From: an uncultured Candidatus Saccharibacteria bacterium
GTDB lineage: Bacteria > Patescibacteriota > Doudnabacteria > UBA920 > O2-02-FULL-48-8
Direction: 5' to 3'
Length of the DNA stretch: 64,000 bases
Assembly (NCBI GenBank): GCA_964605735.1
Contig: CAZSDS010000001.1
Span: 198,771 to 262,770 of the forward strand
In this document: positions 1 to 9,367 of the stretch, one piece after another
Layout: each line of letters starts with the position of its first letter
Numbering within the stretch: position 1 is the first letter of the stretch
The notes under the pieces: generated by a model
Databases searched by the model: none
The model's input: only the letters and a program-made list of their open reading frames with translations
Told to the model about the DNA's origin: nothing
Program-made: the position numbers and the translations under genes

Positions 1-768
1 TGCCGCAATTCTTGTGTTGTCCCACATTTGCCACCCGCTGACAAAAGAGCTGACTGAATTGTCGTTCCAATCCCTGTTCAGCCAATAATACGCGGATATT
101 CCGATATAATCCAACGCATCCCAGAACTTGATCCGAGGCGGTTCGGTGTTATCAAAACTTTCGCCCCAATTGGCGCTATAAGTAAGTTTGCCGCCGTATA
201 TAGCCCGGACGCTGGAGATCATGTTTCGCCAGGCTTGGGTGTTGCCGGAGTTATGGTCATCAGCGCTCATGCGGATCAGCTCAGTGCCAAGCGTGAATTG
301 CTCAACTCCTGTGCTTTGCCCGATCCCGGCGTAGTGTTTTAAAATGTTCCCGTAGTTAGTGTACCAGTTGTTTCGTTCCGCACCGTTCGGGTCAATAAAG
401 GCGCGCCACTCCCCGGTAAAAAGCTCAATATGCATTTTGAAATTCACGTTCAAGCCGATTGAATGCGCAAAATTCACTCCATCTATTAGGGATTGATCAG
501 TTGGAGTATTCCATCCTCTCTGCAGGTCCGCAGAAAAACGGTTGCTTTGATAATATGGTATGACCAGGGTTACGTAGTTGGCACCAGTGGCTTTGAGGTC
601 ACGCAGTGACTGCTGGTATGGTGAGCTCCCAAAATCAGTGGTGTGTTTAGGCACCACACTGGCGCTCTTCTCCCAATTCGACACTGCCGCTTGGCTTGTT
701 TTTGGAACAACAGCAAAAGCTACAAAAAGAATTGCTGCCGGCCACAGTTTTTTCATTACTTTGAACAT
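1..768 (-). CDS. Secreted glycoside-hydrolase-like protein (TIM-barrel, GH5/GH113-like); 3' end of gene lies outside the window
   Basis: A minus-strand frame is open from the ATG at 766-768 to the window edge. It is absent from the ORF track because there is no stop inside the window. Hand translation shows an N-terminal signal peptide (MFKVMKKLWPAAILFVAFAVVPKTSQAA) and motifs NWGESFDNTEPP and FWDALDYIGISAYY, which are typical of TIM-barrel glycosidases. Confidence 0.45.
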   Translation of the reverse strand, partial: MFKVMKKLWPAAILFVAFAVVPKTSQAAVSNWEKSASVVPKHTTDFGSSPYQQSLRDLKATGANYVTLVIPYYQSNRFSADLQRGWNTPTDQSLIDGVNFAHSIGLNVNFKMHIELFTGEWRAFIDPNGAERNNWYTNYGNILKHYAGIGQSTGVEQFTLGTELIRMSADDHNSGNTQAWRNMISSVRAIYGGKLTYSANWGESFDNTEPPRIKFWDALDYIGISAYYWLNRDWNDNSVSSFVSGWQMWDNTRIAA

Positions 769-906
769 ATAATTTATTTGGATAATAATTAGGTTAAACA
801 TATTATTTTGTTATTCAAACATAGGGTCAACCAGACAAAAGCGACAAAAAGCAATCGAGTCAAAATTGTTTTTTATTTTGTTTGTACATTCATGTAGAAT
901 AGAATT

Positions 907-1665
907 ATGAATATACTTAGAACCAGGTTAAAAAACGGCCTTATTGCTGAATTTTTGCCTCCTAAAACTGAATCAAGGCGGGTAGTTGTGATTTGCGACG
1001 GCTTGCCTACAGTTCCCAGTAAGAAGGGTTTGATGGAATTTCTTTCAAAGCACGGGTTTTGGGTGTTCCATCTAAGATATGGGGGCACATGGGAGAGTGA
1101 GGGAATTTTTTTGAAACATTCTCCGCATCGGGACGTCTTATATCTACTGTCACAAATAAAGACTGGCATCACTGATATTTGGGGAGGGGGGAAATATAAA
1201 GTTAAGGCTTCGCAAGTGATTGTTGTTGGGGCAAGTTTCGGCGGCACCTGTGCTTTGTTGTGTTCGCTGGACAAGAGGGTGGACAAGGTTGTTTCAATTT
1301 GCCCGGTGATTGACTGGCGTGAGATGAAAAAAACCTCGGAGCCGATTCCTGTAATGTTCAGGCTCACTAAACTCGGCTTCGGGCCGGCGTATCGTCCTGA
1401 AAAAAGAGCTGCGGAAAAACTGGCTTCCGGAAAATTCTTCAACCCGATCAATCATATTACTGAATTCAATGGGTCAAAAGTCATGCTGATTCAGGCAATG
1501 GATGATGATTTAGTGGCGCCGCAATCGACGAAAAAATTCGCCAAAGAGATTGGCGCAAAATTCATTTCCTTCAAAAAAGGCGGACATTTGAGCTCAAGAA
1601 TTTTGGGAGAACCCAAAGTTTTTAAGGAGTTTAAAAAATTTCTTAAACAAAAAACCGCCAAGTGA
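907..1665 (+). CDS. Alpha/beta-hydrolase fold protein (serine hydrolase; GxSxG = GASFGG)
   Basis: 252-aa ORF with the nucleophile-elbow motif VVGASFGG. It is followed by a hairpin plus T-run. Confidence 0.7.
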   Translation: MNILRTRLKNGLIAEFLPPKTESRRVVVICDGLPTVPSKKGLMEFLSKHGFWVFHLRYGGTWESEGIFLKHSPHRDVLYLLSQIKTGITDIWGGGKYKVKASQVIVVGASFGGTCALLCSLDKRVDKVVSICPVIDWREMKKTSEPIPVMFRLTKLGFGPAYRPEKRAAEKLASGKFFNPINHITEFNGSKVMLIQAMDDDLVAPQSTKKFAKEIGAKFISFKKGGHLSSRILGEPKVFKEFKKFLKQKTAK

Positions 1666-1677
1666 GGCGGTTTTTTG
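1651..1677. terminator. Bidirectional intrinsic terminator between convergent genes
   Basis: Sequence aaaaCCGCCaagtgaGGCGGtttttt. The stem ccgcc/ggcgg has an A-run upstream and a T-run downstream. It sits between the 907-1665 (+) and 1690-4140 (-) genes. Confidence 0.6.
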
Positions 1678-1689
1678 TCAGTCTTAACT

Positions 1690-4140
1690 TTAGAAAATTG
1701 AGGTAATTCCAAAGATTGAATGCAGGCGTGGTGAGGCCAAAATTATAAACTGCACCAATAAGGTTATCAGCACGGCCCAAACCAGTTTCAGATTCGTCTT
1801 ACGGAACCCATGGATCAGAAACGCCACAATCATCTGAAACAGGATTAACAAAGTGAATGTCCATGTTCGTGCCAGGGTCAGATTGTTAGTCATTTCATAT
1901 ACGTAGGTGTAGGCAATAAGACAACACCCAGCTACCACAACTCCGATCCCGAGCAGAAACCCAATTTGTTTGGCGGTAAACAGTGGTGCGTCTTTGGCGC
2001 GGGGTTTTTTCAAAAGTGCGTTAGCTTCTTTAGGGTCAAGGGCCAGGGCGAGAGCGGGTAGTCCGTCAGAAGCCAGGTTGATCCAGAGAATCTGAACAGG
2101 CAAGAGGGGAGCTGGCAATCCAACGATCAGGGCGAACAGGATAGTGAAAATTTCGCCGATGTTGGTGGAGATCAGATAACGAATTGCCTTATGGACATTG
2201 TCATAGATGGTACGCCCTTCCTCCACAGCGCTGACAATGGTTGCGAAATTATCATCAGTGATGACAATGTCAGCTGCTTCCTTTGCCACATCAGTTCCAG
2301 TTCTGCCCATAGCAATCCCAATTTCCGCCTGCTTTAACGCCAAAGAATCGTTTACACCATCTCCCGTTACAGCCACGTTATAATTCATCCTTTGGAAAGC
2401 TGAGACAATTCTGAGCTTGTCTTCAGGATTTGTGCGTGCAAAAACAGTGACTTTCTGGAGGACTTCGGCCAATGCTTCGTCTGTGTATTTCTCGACGTCT
2501 TTTCCGAGCACTACATGGTCACCGTCCTGAGCCAAACCAAGTTCATTGGCAATAGCCATGGCTGTGTGCTCGTTGTCTCCAGTAATCATGACAGTCCTGA
2601 TTCCTGCGCGCTTTGCCGCCATAATTGCGGGGCGGGCCTCCGGCCTTATAGGGTCAGACATAGCAACAAAACCAAGGCAGATCAGGTCAGACTCAACTTC
2701 GTCCCGTTGGTATTTTCTGGCATTAACAAGTCTGTCTTTGTAGGCGACTCCGAGCACCCGGTAGCCTTTCAGCGAAAGGTTTTCATAAGCCTGGATTAAC
2801 CGTTGCCTTGAGTCCTGGTCAAGGATTTTGACTCTGCCATCCTCAAAATGTCTGCTTGAGGATTTAATGATGTATTCCGGAGATCCTTTGACCAGCGCTT
2901 CCACTTCGCCGTTTATGTTGCAGACCACGCTCATGCTTTTGAGTTTTTGGTCAAAAGAGAATTCATCCAAAACTTTGCACTTAGTGCGGTGGATTTCGTA
3001 ATCGATTCCCAACTCTTTGGCAAAAATCAGAAGGGCGCCTTCCGTGGTGTCTCCCAGTACGGTTACCGAACCATGGTCAAATTTATAAACCAAGCCTGCT
3101 GTGTTGACCACCACCGCCACATCAACAATTTTCCTGGCATGCGTAGTTTTCAGGTGCTTGAACTCTTCGGGTGAATGCACGCCGCCGTTGAAATATATTT
3201 GGGAAACGCGCATTTCGCCCCGGGTAAGAGTGCCTGTTTTATCAGTGCAAATGACGCTGACTGAACCCAATCCTTCAATAGCCACAAGCTTCCTGACAAC
3301 CGCTTTTTTCATGGCCATGCGTTTAACGCCAACAGCCAGGGTGATCAGGATAATGGAGGGCAACCCCTCAGGTACCATGGCCACCATACTGCTGACCGCG
3401 GTAAGGAACATTTCAAAAGTGTCGTAACCAAGGTAAATACCAACGCTGAAAATAATTGCGCTTAAAATTATTGCAAGCCCGGCCAGCGTCAGAGCCAAGG
3501 CTTTGATTTGGGTTTGCAGCGGGGTGGGGGTTTCCTGCAATGAATTTAGGGTCTGGGCAATTTTCCCAAAGCGCGAATTCTTTCCGGTTGCGGAAACCGA
3601 AATTGAGGCTCTTCCGGAGGCAACAAGGGTGCCGCCCAAAACCGTATCGTGCTCAGGCTCACCAGGTTTTTTGTAAACCGGTATCGATTCTCCGGTCAGT
3701 ACAGATTCGTTAACCTCAAAGTTGTAGGCCTCCACCACCCAGCCGTCTGCAGGGACCTTATCCCCGGTTTCCAGCAAAACCAGATCGCCAGGCACCAGCT
3801 GTTCTGCGTTAATCAAAACTTCCCGGTTGTCGCGCATCACCCGAACAGAAGCGGGACTAAGCTGTTTTAATTCATGCAGAGTTTGTTCAGCTTTGTATTC
3901 CTGCCAAAAGGAAACTGCGGCATTAACAAGGACAATCCCTACAATCAATATTCCATCAGTGTAGTGATGGATGTAAATTGCGATCCCTGCGGCCGCCAGA
4001 AGCATCACATTGAGCTGGCTGAATATCTCACGGAAAATCAAAGCCAAAGCACGAAACTTTTTTTCCTTGGAAAAAGAATTTGGGCCGAATTGTTTAAGCA
4101 GTACCTTAGCTTCGTGGGTGGTTAAGCCTTTGTGTTGCAT
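1690..4140 (-). CDS. P-type cation-transporting ATPase (P2-type, Ca2+/Mg2+-ATPase-like)
   Basis: 816 aa. It carries the phosphorylation motif ICTDKTGTLT, plus TGDN, the VAVTGDGVNDSLALKQAEIGIAMG hinge and about 10 TM segments. Confidence 0.9.
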   Translation of the reverse strand: MQHKGLTTHEAKVLLKQFGPNSFSKEKKFRALALIFREIFSQLNVMLLAAAGIAIYIHHYTDGILIVGIVLVNAAVSFWQEYKAEQTLHELKQLSPASVRVMRDNREVLINAEQLVPGDLVLLETGDKVPADGWVVEAYNFEVNESVLTGESIPVYKKPGEPEHDTVLGGTLVASGRASISVSATGKNSRFGKIAQTLNSLQETPTPLQTQIKALALTLAGLAIILSAIIFSVGIYLGYDTFEMFLTAVSSMVAMVPEGLPSIILITLAVGVKRMAMKKAVVRKLVAIEGLGSVSVICTDKTGTLTRGEMRVSQIYFNGGVHSPEEFKHLKTTHARKIVDVAVVVNTAGLVYKFDHGSVTVLGDTTEGALLIFAKELGIDYEIHRTKCKVLDEFSFDQKLKSMSVVCNINGEVEALVKGSPEYIIKSSSRHFEDGRVKILDQDSRQRLIQAYENLSLKGYRVLGVAYKDRLVNARKYQRDEVESDLICLGFVAMSDPIRPEARPAIMAAKRAGIRTVMITGDNEHTAMAIANELGLAQDGDHVVLGKDVEKYTDEALAEVLQKVTVFARTNPEDKLRIVSAFQRMNYNVAVTGDGVNDSLALKQAEIGIAMGRTGTDVAKEAADIVITDDNFATIVSAVEEGRTIYDNVHKAIRYLISTNIGEIFTILFALIVGLPAPLLPVQILWINLASDGLPALALALDPKEANALLKKPRAKDAPLFTAKQIGFLLGIGVVVAGCCLIAYTYVYEMTNNLTLARTWTFTLLILFQMIVAFLIHGFRKTNLKLVWAVLITLLVQFIILASPRLHSIFGITSIF

Positions 4141-4166
4141 CTGTTTATTTCTGTTTAAATTTTTGT

Positions 4167-5087
4167 TTAAACGAACACTTTTGTTTCTAAATTTTTCATG
4201 CCGTTGAGAAAGTCTGAGCCGGAAATTGGATTTTTGCCGTCTGGTTGGACTCTTACCAGTTTAAGGCTATAATCGCCGCATTTTACCAAGCAATCGCGCC
4301 CATCTTGGTAAATTTTGCCAGGTAATTCTATCTTTCCAGTTTTGACTTCTTTTGCCTCTAGTATTTTAACAGATTTTTTTTCCAGAGTTGTCCACGTGCC
4401 AGGTTCTGGGTTTAGGGCTTTAATCATCTGGGTAATTTGCCTTGCAGGCTTAGTCCAGTCAATTCTGCTGTCTTCCCGTGTCAGAAGCTTGGTATAAGTG
4501 GCTTGTTCATGGTTTTGCTCCTGGCCTTGAATTTCATTACTGAGCCACTGCGGCAAGGTCTTTGCAAGGATTACAGCAGCGGCATCAGCCAGCTTGGCAT
4601 GCAGGGTCAGATAGATATCAGATTCATCAATGGGGATGCTCAGGCTTGAAATGATGGGGCCATGATCCATTTTTTCATCCATCTGGATGACAGTCACACC
4701 AGTTTCTTTTTCGTCATTAAGCAGAGCTGTTTGGATAGGAGAAGCACCTCGATATTTTGGAAGCAGGGATGCGTGCAAGTTTATGGAACCGCGCTTAGGA
4801 ATGTCCAGGACTGATTTTGGGATAATTTGTCCATACGCGGCTACGACCATGACATCCGGAGCCAGGGCAGAGATTTGTGCTGCGGCTTCGAGAATTTTGG
4901 CCGGCTGAAGGACCGGAATATTATTTTTCATTGCCCATTCTTTGACAGGCGGAGGGGTGAGCGTTTTTTTACGTCCGACTGGTTTGTCAGGCTGGGTGAT
5001 CACGGCAACTAGTTCATACTCCTTTTTTAGCATTTCCAATGCTGGTATTCCAAATTCCGTTGTTCCTGCAAAAATTACTTTGGGCAT
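4167..5087 (-). CDS. fmt: Methionyl-tRNA formyltransferase
   Basis: 306 aa. N-terminal formyltransferase fold (VIFAGTTEFGIPALEMLKKEYELVAVITQPDKPVGRKK) and SLLPKYRGASPIQ motif. It lies immediately downstream of def. Confidence 0.9.
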   Translation of the reverse strand: MPKVIFAGTTEFGIPALEMLKKEYELVAVITQPDKPVGRKKTLTPPPVKEWAMKNNIPVLQPAKILEAAAQISALAPDVMVVAAYGQIIPKSVLDIPKRGSINLHASLLPKYRGASPIQTALLNDEKETGVTVIQMDEKMDHGPIISSLSIPIDESDIYLTLHAKLADAAAVILAKTLPQWLSNEIQGQEQNHEQATYTKLLTREDSRIDWTKPARQITQMIKALNPEPGTWTTLEKKSVKILEAKEVKTGKIELPGKIYQDGRDCLVKCGDYSLKLVRVQPDGKNPISGSDFLNGMKNLETKVFV

Positions 5088-5151
5088 TATTTTTTTCTGT
5101 TAAGTCTTTCAATAAGTTCTATGTTGAAAAGTTTCTTTTCAAAATTGTCAT

Positions 5152-5631
5152 TTACATTTTCTCGTTAGGTTGGCCTGAGGTTTGCTTGAGCATTTTGCTG
5201 GTGAACAATACGCCATCAAGGTGATCGATTTCATGCTGTATTACTCTGGCAAGAATTCCATCCGCCTCAAACTTGGTGTCGACACCTTCAATATTGGTAG
5301 CCTTTACAGTTACTTTTGCCGGCCTTTTGACAATCCCAAACAAGCCCGGAATGGATAAACAACCTTCTTCCATTTCAACTTTTTTCCATGAGCTTTTGAC
5401 GATTTTCGGGTTGATCAAAGCAAAAGGCGGCAAGCCCATGTGTTCCAAATCAATAATGCAAATCCGCAAAGACTTTCCAATCTGCGGCGCGGCCAAGCCA
5501 ATGCCGTTGGCCTTTTTGCAGGTGTCCATCATGTCTTTAACTAGCTTTAAAATCTCCGGAGTGATTTCTTTCACCGGAGAGGTTTTTTTCTCTAATATTG
5601 GGTCTGGAATTTTTACGATCTTTTGAATCAT
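5152..5631 (-). CDS. def: Peptide deformylase
   Basis: 159 aa with PDF motifs GIGLAAPQIG, EGCLSIPG and QHEIDHLDG. This is the classic def-fmt arrangement. Confidence 0.9.
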   Translation of the reverse strand: MIQKIVKIPDPILEKKTSPVKEITPEILKLVKDMMDTCKKANGIGLAAPQIGKSLRICIIDLEHMGLPPFALINPKIVKSSWKKVEMEEGCLSIPGLFGIVKRPAKVTVKATNIEGVDTKFEADGILARVIQHEIDHLDGVLFTSKMLKQTSGQPNEKM

Positions 5632-6386
5632 TCTGGTTGTAATTGAATGGATTTAATTATTTGCCAAGCATCAGGAGTGCCGTCGGTTTTAACTAAAGCG
5701 ACTTCTGAAAAAGTAATTTGTTCCGGGAAGGGGGTGGTGAGTCTCCTGATCATTTCAGGTTTCTGCTCAGGCTTGTAGTTTCCGTAGAGCAAAGACAGGT
5801 GAGGGTCGAATTTATGTTTTGATTCTGAATCCAAAATTTTTTTGACTTTTCTTCTCAGACTGGCCAGTTCCTTGTTTTTTTCCACCGGCAGGTAAAGACT
5901 TTTAAAAAAAGACTCCTCAGTTTGGATTGGCCCTAAATTGGCGCTTAGAAATTTAACTTCTGTTACCCTGTTAAGCGGTTCCGCAGATTGCTCAAGGGGT
6001 AAATCTGCCAGCAGGGTTATATGCGCGGGAAAAGGAACGGAATTATAACTGGCAGCGAGGTTAACAATCAGCCGGTCAAACCTTTTGCGCATTTCCGGTT
6101 CAGGAAGAAGCCAGACAGAACAGCCGCGTGTAACATTTTTCTCTCGATTATACTTCTTGACCAGAAAAGCGAACAAGGCGCCGGGGTTCTGGTGTGATTT
6201 TTCTAGAACGTCGCCGGCAATTTTTCTTAATACGTTGTGGTCAACCGTCATGGCAGTTTTAAGGTAAAAGCCGAAGTGTTTGGCATCATCCAGTTTGCGG
6301 GACAGTTCGTCAGCAAGGACGTGGGTAGGGGAGTGAAGGTGCGGATCTCGTTTCGGTTTTTTGAGGTAATCTCTTGAGATCTTCAT
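5628..6386 (-). CDS. 2H phosphoesterase superfamily protein (cyclic phosphodiesterase-like) with an N-terminal extension
   Basis: 252 aa. It has two H-x-[TS]-x motifs (PAHITLLADL and PHLSLLYG) about 90 aa apart, preceded by roughly 80 aa of extra N-terminal sequence. The start overlaps the def stop by 4 nt. Confidence 0.6.
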   Translation of the reverse strand: MKISRDYLKKPKRDPHLHSPTHVLADELSRKLDDAKHFGFYLKTAMTVDHNVLRKIAGDVLEKSHQNPGALFAFLVKKYNREKNVTRGCSVWLLPEPEMRKRFDRLIVNLAASYNSVPFPAHITLLADLPLEQSAEPLNRVTEVKFLSANLGPIQTEESFFKSLYLPVEKNKELASLRRKVKKILDSESKHKFDPHLSLLYGNYKPEQKPEMIRRLTTPFPEQITFSEVALVKTDGTPDAWQIIKSIQLQPE

Positions 6387-6408
6387 GCCTTAATTTTAGC
6401 GGAAAATA

Positions 6409-6417
6409 TGGTATAAT
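6409..6417 (+). promoter_or_regulatory. Extended -10 element (TGgTATAAT) for thpR; likely a leaderless transcript
   Basis: tggtataat sits at 6409-6417, ending 3 nt before the ATG at 6421. A canonical transcription start would fall at or just after the ATG, so the in-frame ATG at 6427 (MRIFTAIPL, the typical ThpR N-terminus) may be the true leaderless start. Confidence 0.4.
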
Positions 6418-6420
6418 TCA

Positions 6421-6957
6421 ATGGTTATGAGGATATTTACCGCGATACCATTGCCAAAGGAAGTGAAAGACAGATTTGCTGAGATCGCCCGCGGCAAATT
6501 ACCCATTCCATATGTCAGCACCAAGAACTTTCATATTACCCTGAACTTCCTGGGCGAGCTTGATTCTGAACAGTTTGCGGCAGTGCAAAAGTACTGGACG
6601 CAAGGACTGCCACCAATAAAAAAGTTTCGAATTGAGTTTGACAAGCTGGTCAAGCACCAGCACCAGATCCATATGACAGTCAAGGACAATCCTGAGCTGT
6701 TTTCCATGCAGGATATGTTACGAAAACATTTTGAAGGTCAGGGTTACAAGTTTACATATCCGAAATACTACGCCCACGTAACAATTGGCAAGATGCATAT
6801 GGATAATGTCATGAACCGTGAGCGCAAAATTGAAGATTTCCCAAACCAACAACTGGCAGAATTATCTTTTGAAGTTGACCGCATTGTTTTATTCGAAAGC
6901 AAACTGCTTTTGCATCACGCTCACCATATAGAATTAGCCGAACATAAATTAACCTAA
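6421..6957 (+). CDS. thpR: RNA 2',3'-cyclic phosphodiesterase / 2'-5' RNA ligase (LigT/ThpR family, 2H phosphoesterase)
   Basis: 178 aa with both 2H motifs (FHITLNFLG and AHVTIGK). An alternative start lies at 6427. Confidence 0.75.
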   Translation: MVMRIFTAIPLPKEVKDRFAEIARGKLPIPYVSTKNFHITLNFLGELDSEQFAAVQKYWTQGLPPIKKFRIEFDKLVKHQHQIHMTVKDNPELFSMQDMLRKHFEGQGYKFTYPKYYAHVTIGKMHMDNVMNRERKIEDFPNQQLAELSFEVDRIVLFESKLLLHHAHHIELAEHKLT

Positions 6958-7761
6958 ATGAAGATAGATATTGCCGGTGTAAAAGTTGATGACGTTACTG
7001 TCAGTGAAACGCTGCAATACATTTCCGAATACGTGCGCTCCGGCCAGCCGCACCATATAGTCACCACCTATTCCGAGTTTATAGTTGAGGCAAAAAACAA
7101 CCCTAAGTACTTGGAGGTTTTGAATAAAGCGGATTTGTCTGTGGCGGATGGGATTGGAATTATCTGGGCTGCAAAATTTTTGTCTTTGCCTGAGCGCGAA
7201 CCGGTAATAACATTTTTGAATTGGTTTGGGACATTGTGTTCGATTATCCTTGCACCGCAGTCACTTCGGTCAGTAATTAAAGAGCAAGTGACAGGCAGCA
7301 GGATTATCTGGGACATTGCGGAGCTTGCACAAAGAAATGATTTTAGTTTGGCTTTGGTGGGCGGATGGGGTGGTGTGGCCGAAAAAACCGCAAAAGCTTT
7401 ACAAGAAAAATTTCCGGATCTGAAGATAAATTTAGTGCATGAACCTGCAGAGTTTAACCAGGACACTGTGAACAGGATTAGCAACAGCAATTCTGATATA
7501 CTATTGATTGCTTACCAGCCTCCTAAGCAGGAAATTTGGCTCTCAGACAATCTTCAGCGGTTGAATGTAAAAGTGGCAATTGGTCTGGGAGGAACGTTTG
7601 ATTATCTGGCTGGGCTAAGGTCTCCAGCACCTTCATGGATGCATAAAATGGGTCTTGAGTGGCTCTGGAGATTAATCACACAGCCATGGCGCATCAAGCG
7701 CATGTGGCGGGCAATAGTTGAATTCAGTATTTTAATACTTCAGCAAAAGTTAAAACAATGA
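6958..7761 (+). CDS. WecB/TagA/CpsF-family glycosyltransferase (N-acetylmannosaminyl/N-acetylglucosaminyl transferase)
   Basis: 267 aa. The C-terminal motif GLEWLWRLITQPWRIKR is the family signature, and ALVGGWGG is also present. Confidence 0.8.
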   Translation: MKIDIAGVKVDDVTVSETLQYISEYVRSGQPHHIVTTYSEFIVEAKNNPKYLEVLNKADLSVADGIGIIWAAKFLSLPEREPVITFLNWFGTLCSIILAPQSLRSVIKEQVTGSRIIWDIAELAQRNDFSLALVGGWGGVAEKTAKALQEKFPDLKINLVHEPAEFNQDTVNRISNSNSDILLIAYQPPKQEIWLSDNLQRLNVKVAIGLGGTFDYLAGLRSPAPSWMHKMGLEWLWRLITQPWRIKRMWRAIVEFSILILQQKLKQ

Positions 7762-9254
7762 GCAATAAAGTAAGGGTTAGAATGGCGCCATCCCCAACAG
7801 GGTATCTTCACATAGGGAGTTTGCGCACAGCATTATACAATTACCTCTTTGCAAAAAAAGAAGGCGGCATTTTCATTTTGCGGATTGAGGATACTGACCG
7901 TGCCAGGCTCGTCCCGGATGCCACGGAGCAAATCGTTAAGACCCTGACTGAATTTAACATGGCACCTGATGAGGGTTATGTTTGGCAGGACGGCAAGCTT
8001 GTTGAGAAAGGGGATTTCGGCCCTTACATCCAATCACAGCGGCTCGATATTTATCACAAGCATGTTCAGATGCTGATTGAAAACAAAACTGCTTATTATT
8101 GTTTCTGCACCCCGGAACGTTTGGAAGAACTTCGCCAAAGCCAGCAGGCTCAAAAACTTCCTCCAAAATACGACAAGCACTGTCTTAAATTATCACCTGA
8201 AGAAATCCAGCAAAAATTAGGTAGTGGTGAAAAACATGTTATCAGGTTGAATGTTCCAGCTGACAGGATAATGAAGTTTGATGATTTGGTTTTTGGCCAC
8301 ATAGAAATTTCAACAAATGAAGTTGATGATCAGGTTTTGATCAAATCCGACGGCTACCCAACTTACCATTTTGCTGTAGTTGTGGATGACCACCACATGC
8401 AGATCACGCATGTGTTTAGAGGTGATGAATATATTAGTTCAACACCAAAGGACTTATTGCTTTATGAGGCTTTTGGTTGGGAGCTGCCAAGATTCGTTCA
8501 CCTACCTCCAATCATTTCCAAAGTCACTAAGAAAAAACTTTCCAAGCGCGAAGGTGATGTTTCCGTTCAGTCCTTTGTCGATAAAGGATATTTGCGAGAA
8601 GCAATCATTAATTTTTTGGCATTTTTGGGTTGGAACCCAAAGACTGAGCAGGAAAAATTTACTTTGGATGAATTGATCCAGGCATTCTCTTTAGACAAAC
8701 TTAACAAAGCCGGCGCTACTTTTGATTTGGAAAAACTGGATTGGTTTAACAGCCTATATATTCGTGAAATGCCTTTAGAGGATTTGTATACGCAAATAGA
8801 ACCGTTTTTGAAACAGGCAAACTTGCCTCTTGAAAATTTTCCAAAAGAATTTATTTTGGGAATTCTTAAGCTGGAGCGAGAAAGGCTTAAGAAGTTGTCA
8901 GAAATAGGGGAGAGGGTGCAATACTTCTTCACTGACCCGCAATACGAAGGGGATTTGCTGGTTTGGAAAAAATCCAACAGGGAAGCAACGCAAAGAAATC
9001 TGCAAACAATTTATTCTTACGTACAGGAATTGCCACAGGATAAGTTCAATAAGGAATTTTTGGAAACTGAAATTAAAAAATTTATTTCCGAAAATAATTT
9101 GAACACAGGAGAAGTGCTTTGGCCTCTTAGGGTTGCCCTATCAGGTCTTCCAGCCAGCCCTAGCCCATTTGAGATCATGGGCGCCTTTGGCACCCTCCCA
9201 AACGGCAAAGAAATTATTCTAAGACGCATAAATACGGCTATCGAAAAATTGTAA
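7758..9254 (+). CDS. gltX: Glutamyl-tRNA synthetase
   Basis: 498 aa class I aaRS with the HIGH-type motif PTGYLHIGSLRTALYNY and a KMSKS-type motif (KLSKR). Confidence 0.9.
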   Translation: MSNKVRVRMAPSPTGYLHIGSLRTALYNYLFAKKEGGIFILRIEDTDRARLVPDATEQIVKTLTEFNMAPDEGYVWQDGKLVEKGDFGPYIQSQRLDIYHKHVQMLIENKTAYYCFCTPERLEELRQSQQAQKLPPKYDKHCLKLSPEEIQQKLGSGEKHVIRLNVPADRIMKFDDLVFGHIEISTNEVDDQVLIKSDGYPTYHFAVVVDDHHMQITHVFRGDEYISSTPKDLLLYEAFGWELPRFVHLPPIISKVTKKKLSKREGDVSVQSFVDKGYLREAIINFLAFLGWNPKTEQEKFTLDELIQAFSLDKLNKAGATFDLEKLDWFNSLYIREMPLEDLYTQIEPFLKQANLPLENFPKEFILGILKLERERLKKLSEIGERVQYFFTDPQYEGDLLVWKKSNREATQRNLQTIYSYVQELPQDKFNKEFLETEIKKFISENNLNTGEVLWPLRVALSGLPASPSPFEIMGAFGTLPNGKEIILRRINTAIEKL

Positions 9255-9329
9255 GTTGTAACTTCCCGCTTATTATTTCGTTTTAGTATAAGACGATTGA
9301 TTCAGACGCAATTTATCCACTGAAAAGCC

Positions 9330-9358
9330 TTTACAAAATTTAGCTTTTGTGGTACAAT
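9330..9358 (+). promoter_or_regulatory. Sigma70-like promoter (TTTACA-17-TACAAT, with TG extended -10)
   Basis: The -35 tttaca is at 9330-9335 and the -10 tacaat at 9353-9358, with a 17-nt spacer and a TGg upstream of the -10. The predicted transcription start is about 9365, 2-3 nt before the ATG at 9368. Confidence 0.55.
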
Positions 9359-9367
9359 GATTACGTT

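Noticed and set aside
873-1451. 192-aa minus-strand ORF overlapping the alpha/beta hydrolase gene, and the 578-772 plus-strand ORF overlapping the glycosidase-like gene
   Set aside because: These are antisense shadow ORFs. The partner-strand genes have clear family motifs (GASFGG nucleophile elbow; signal peptide plus TIM-barrel motifs).
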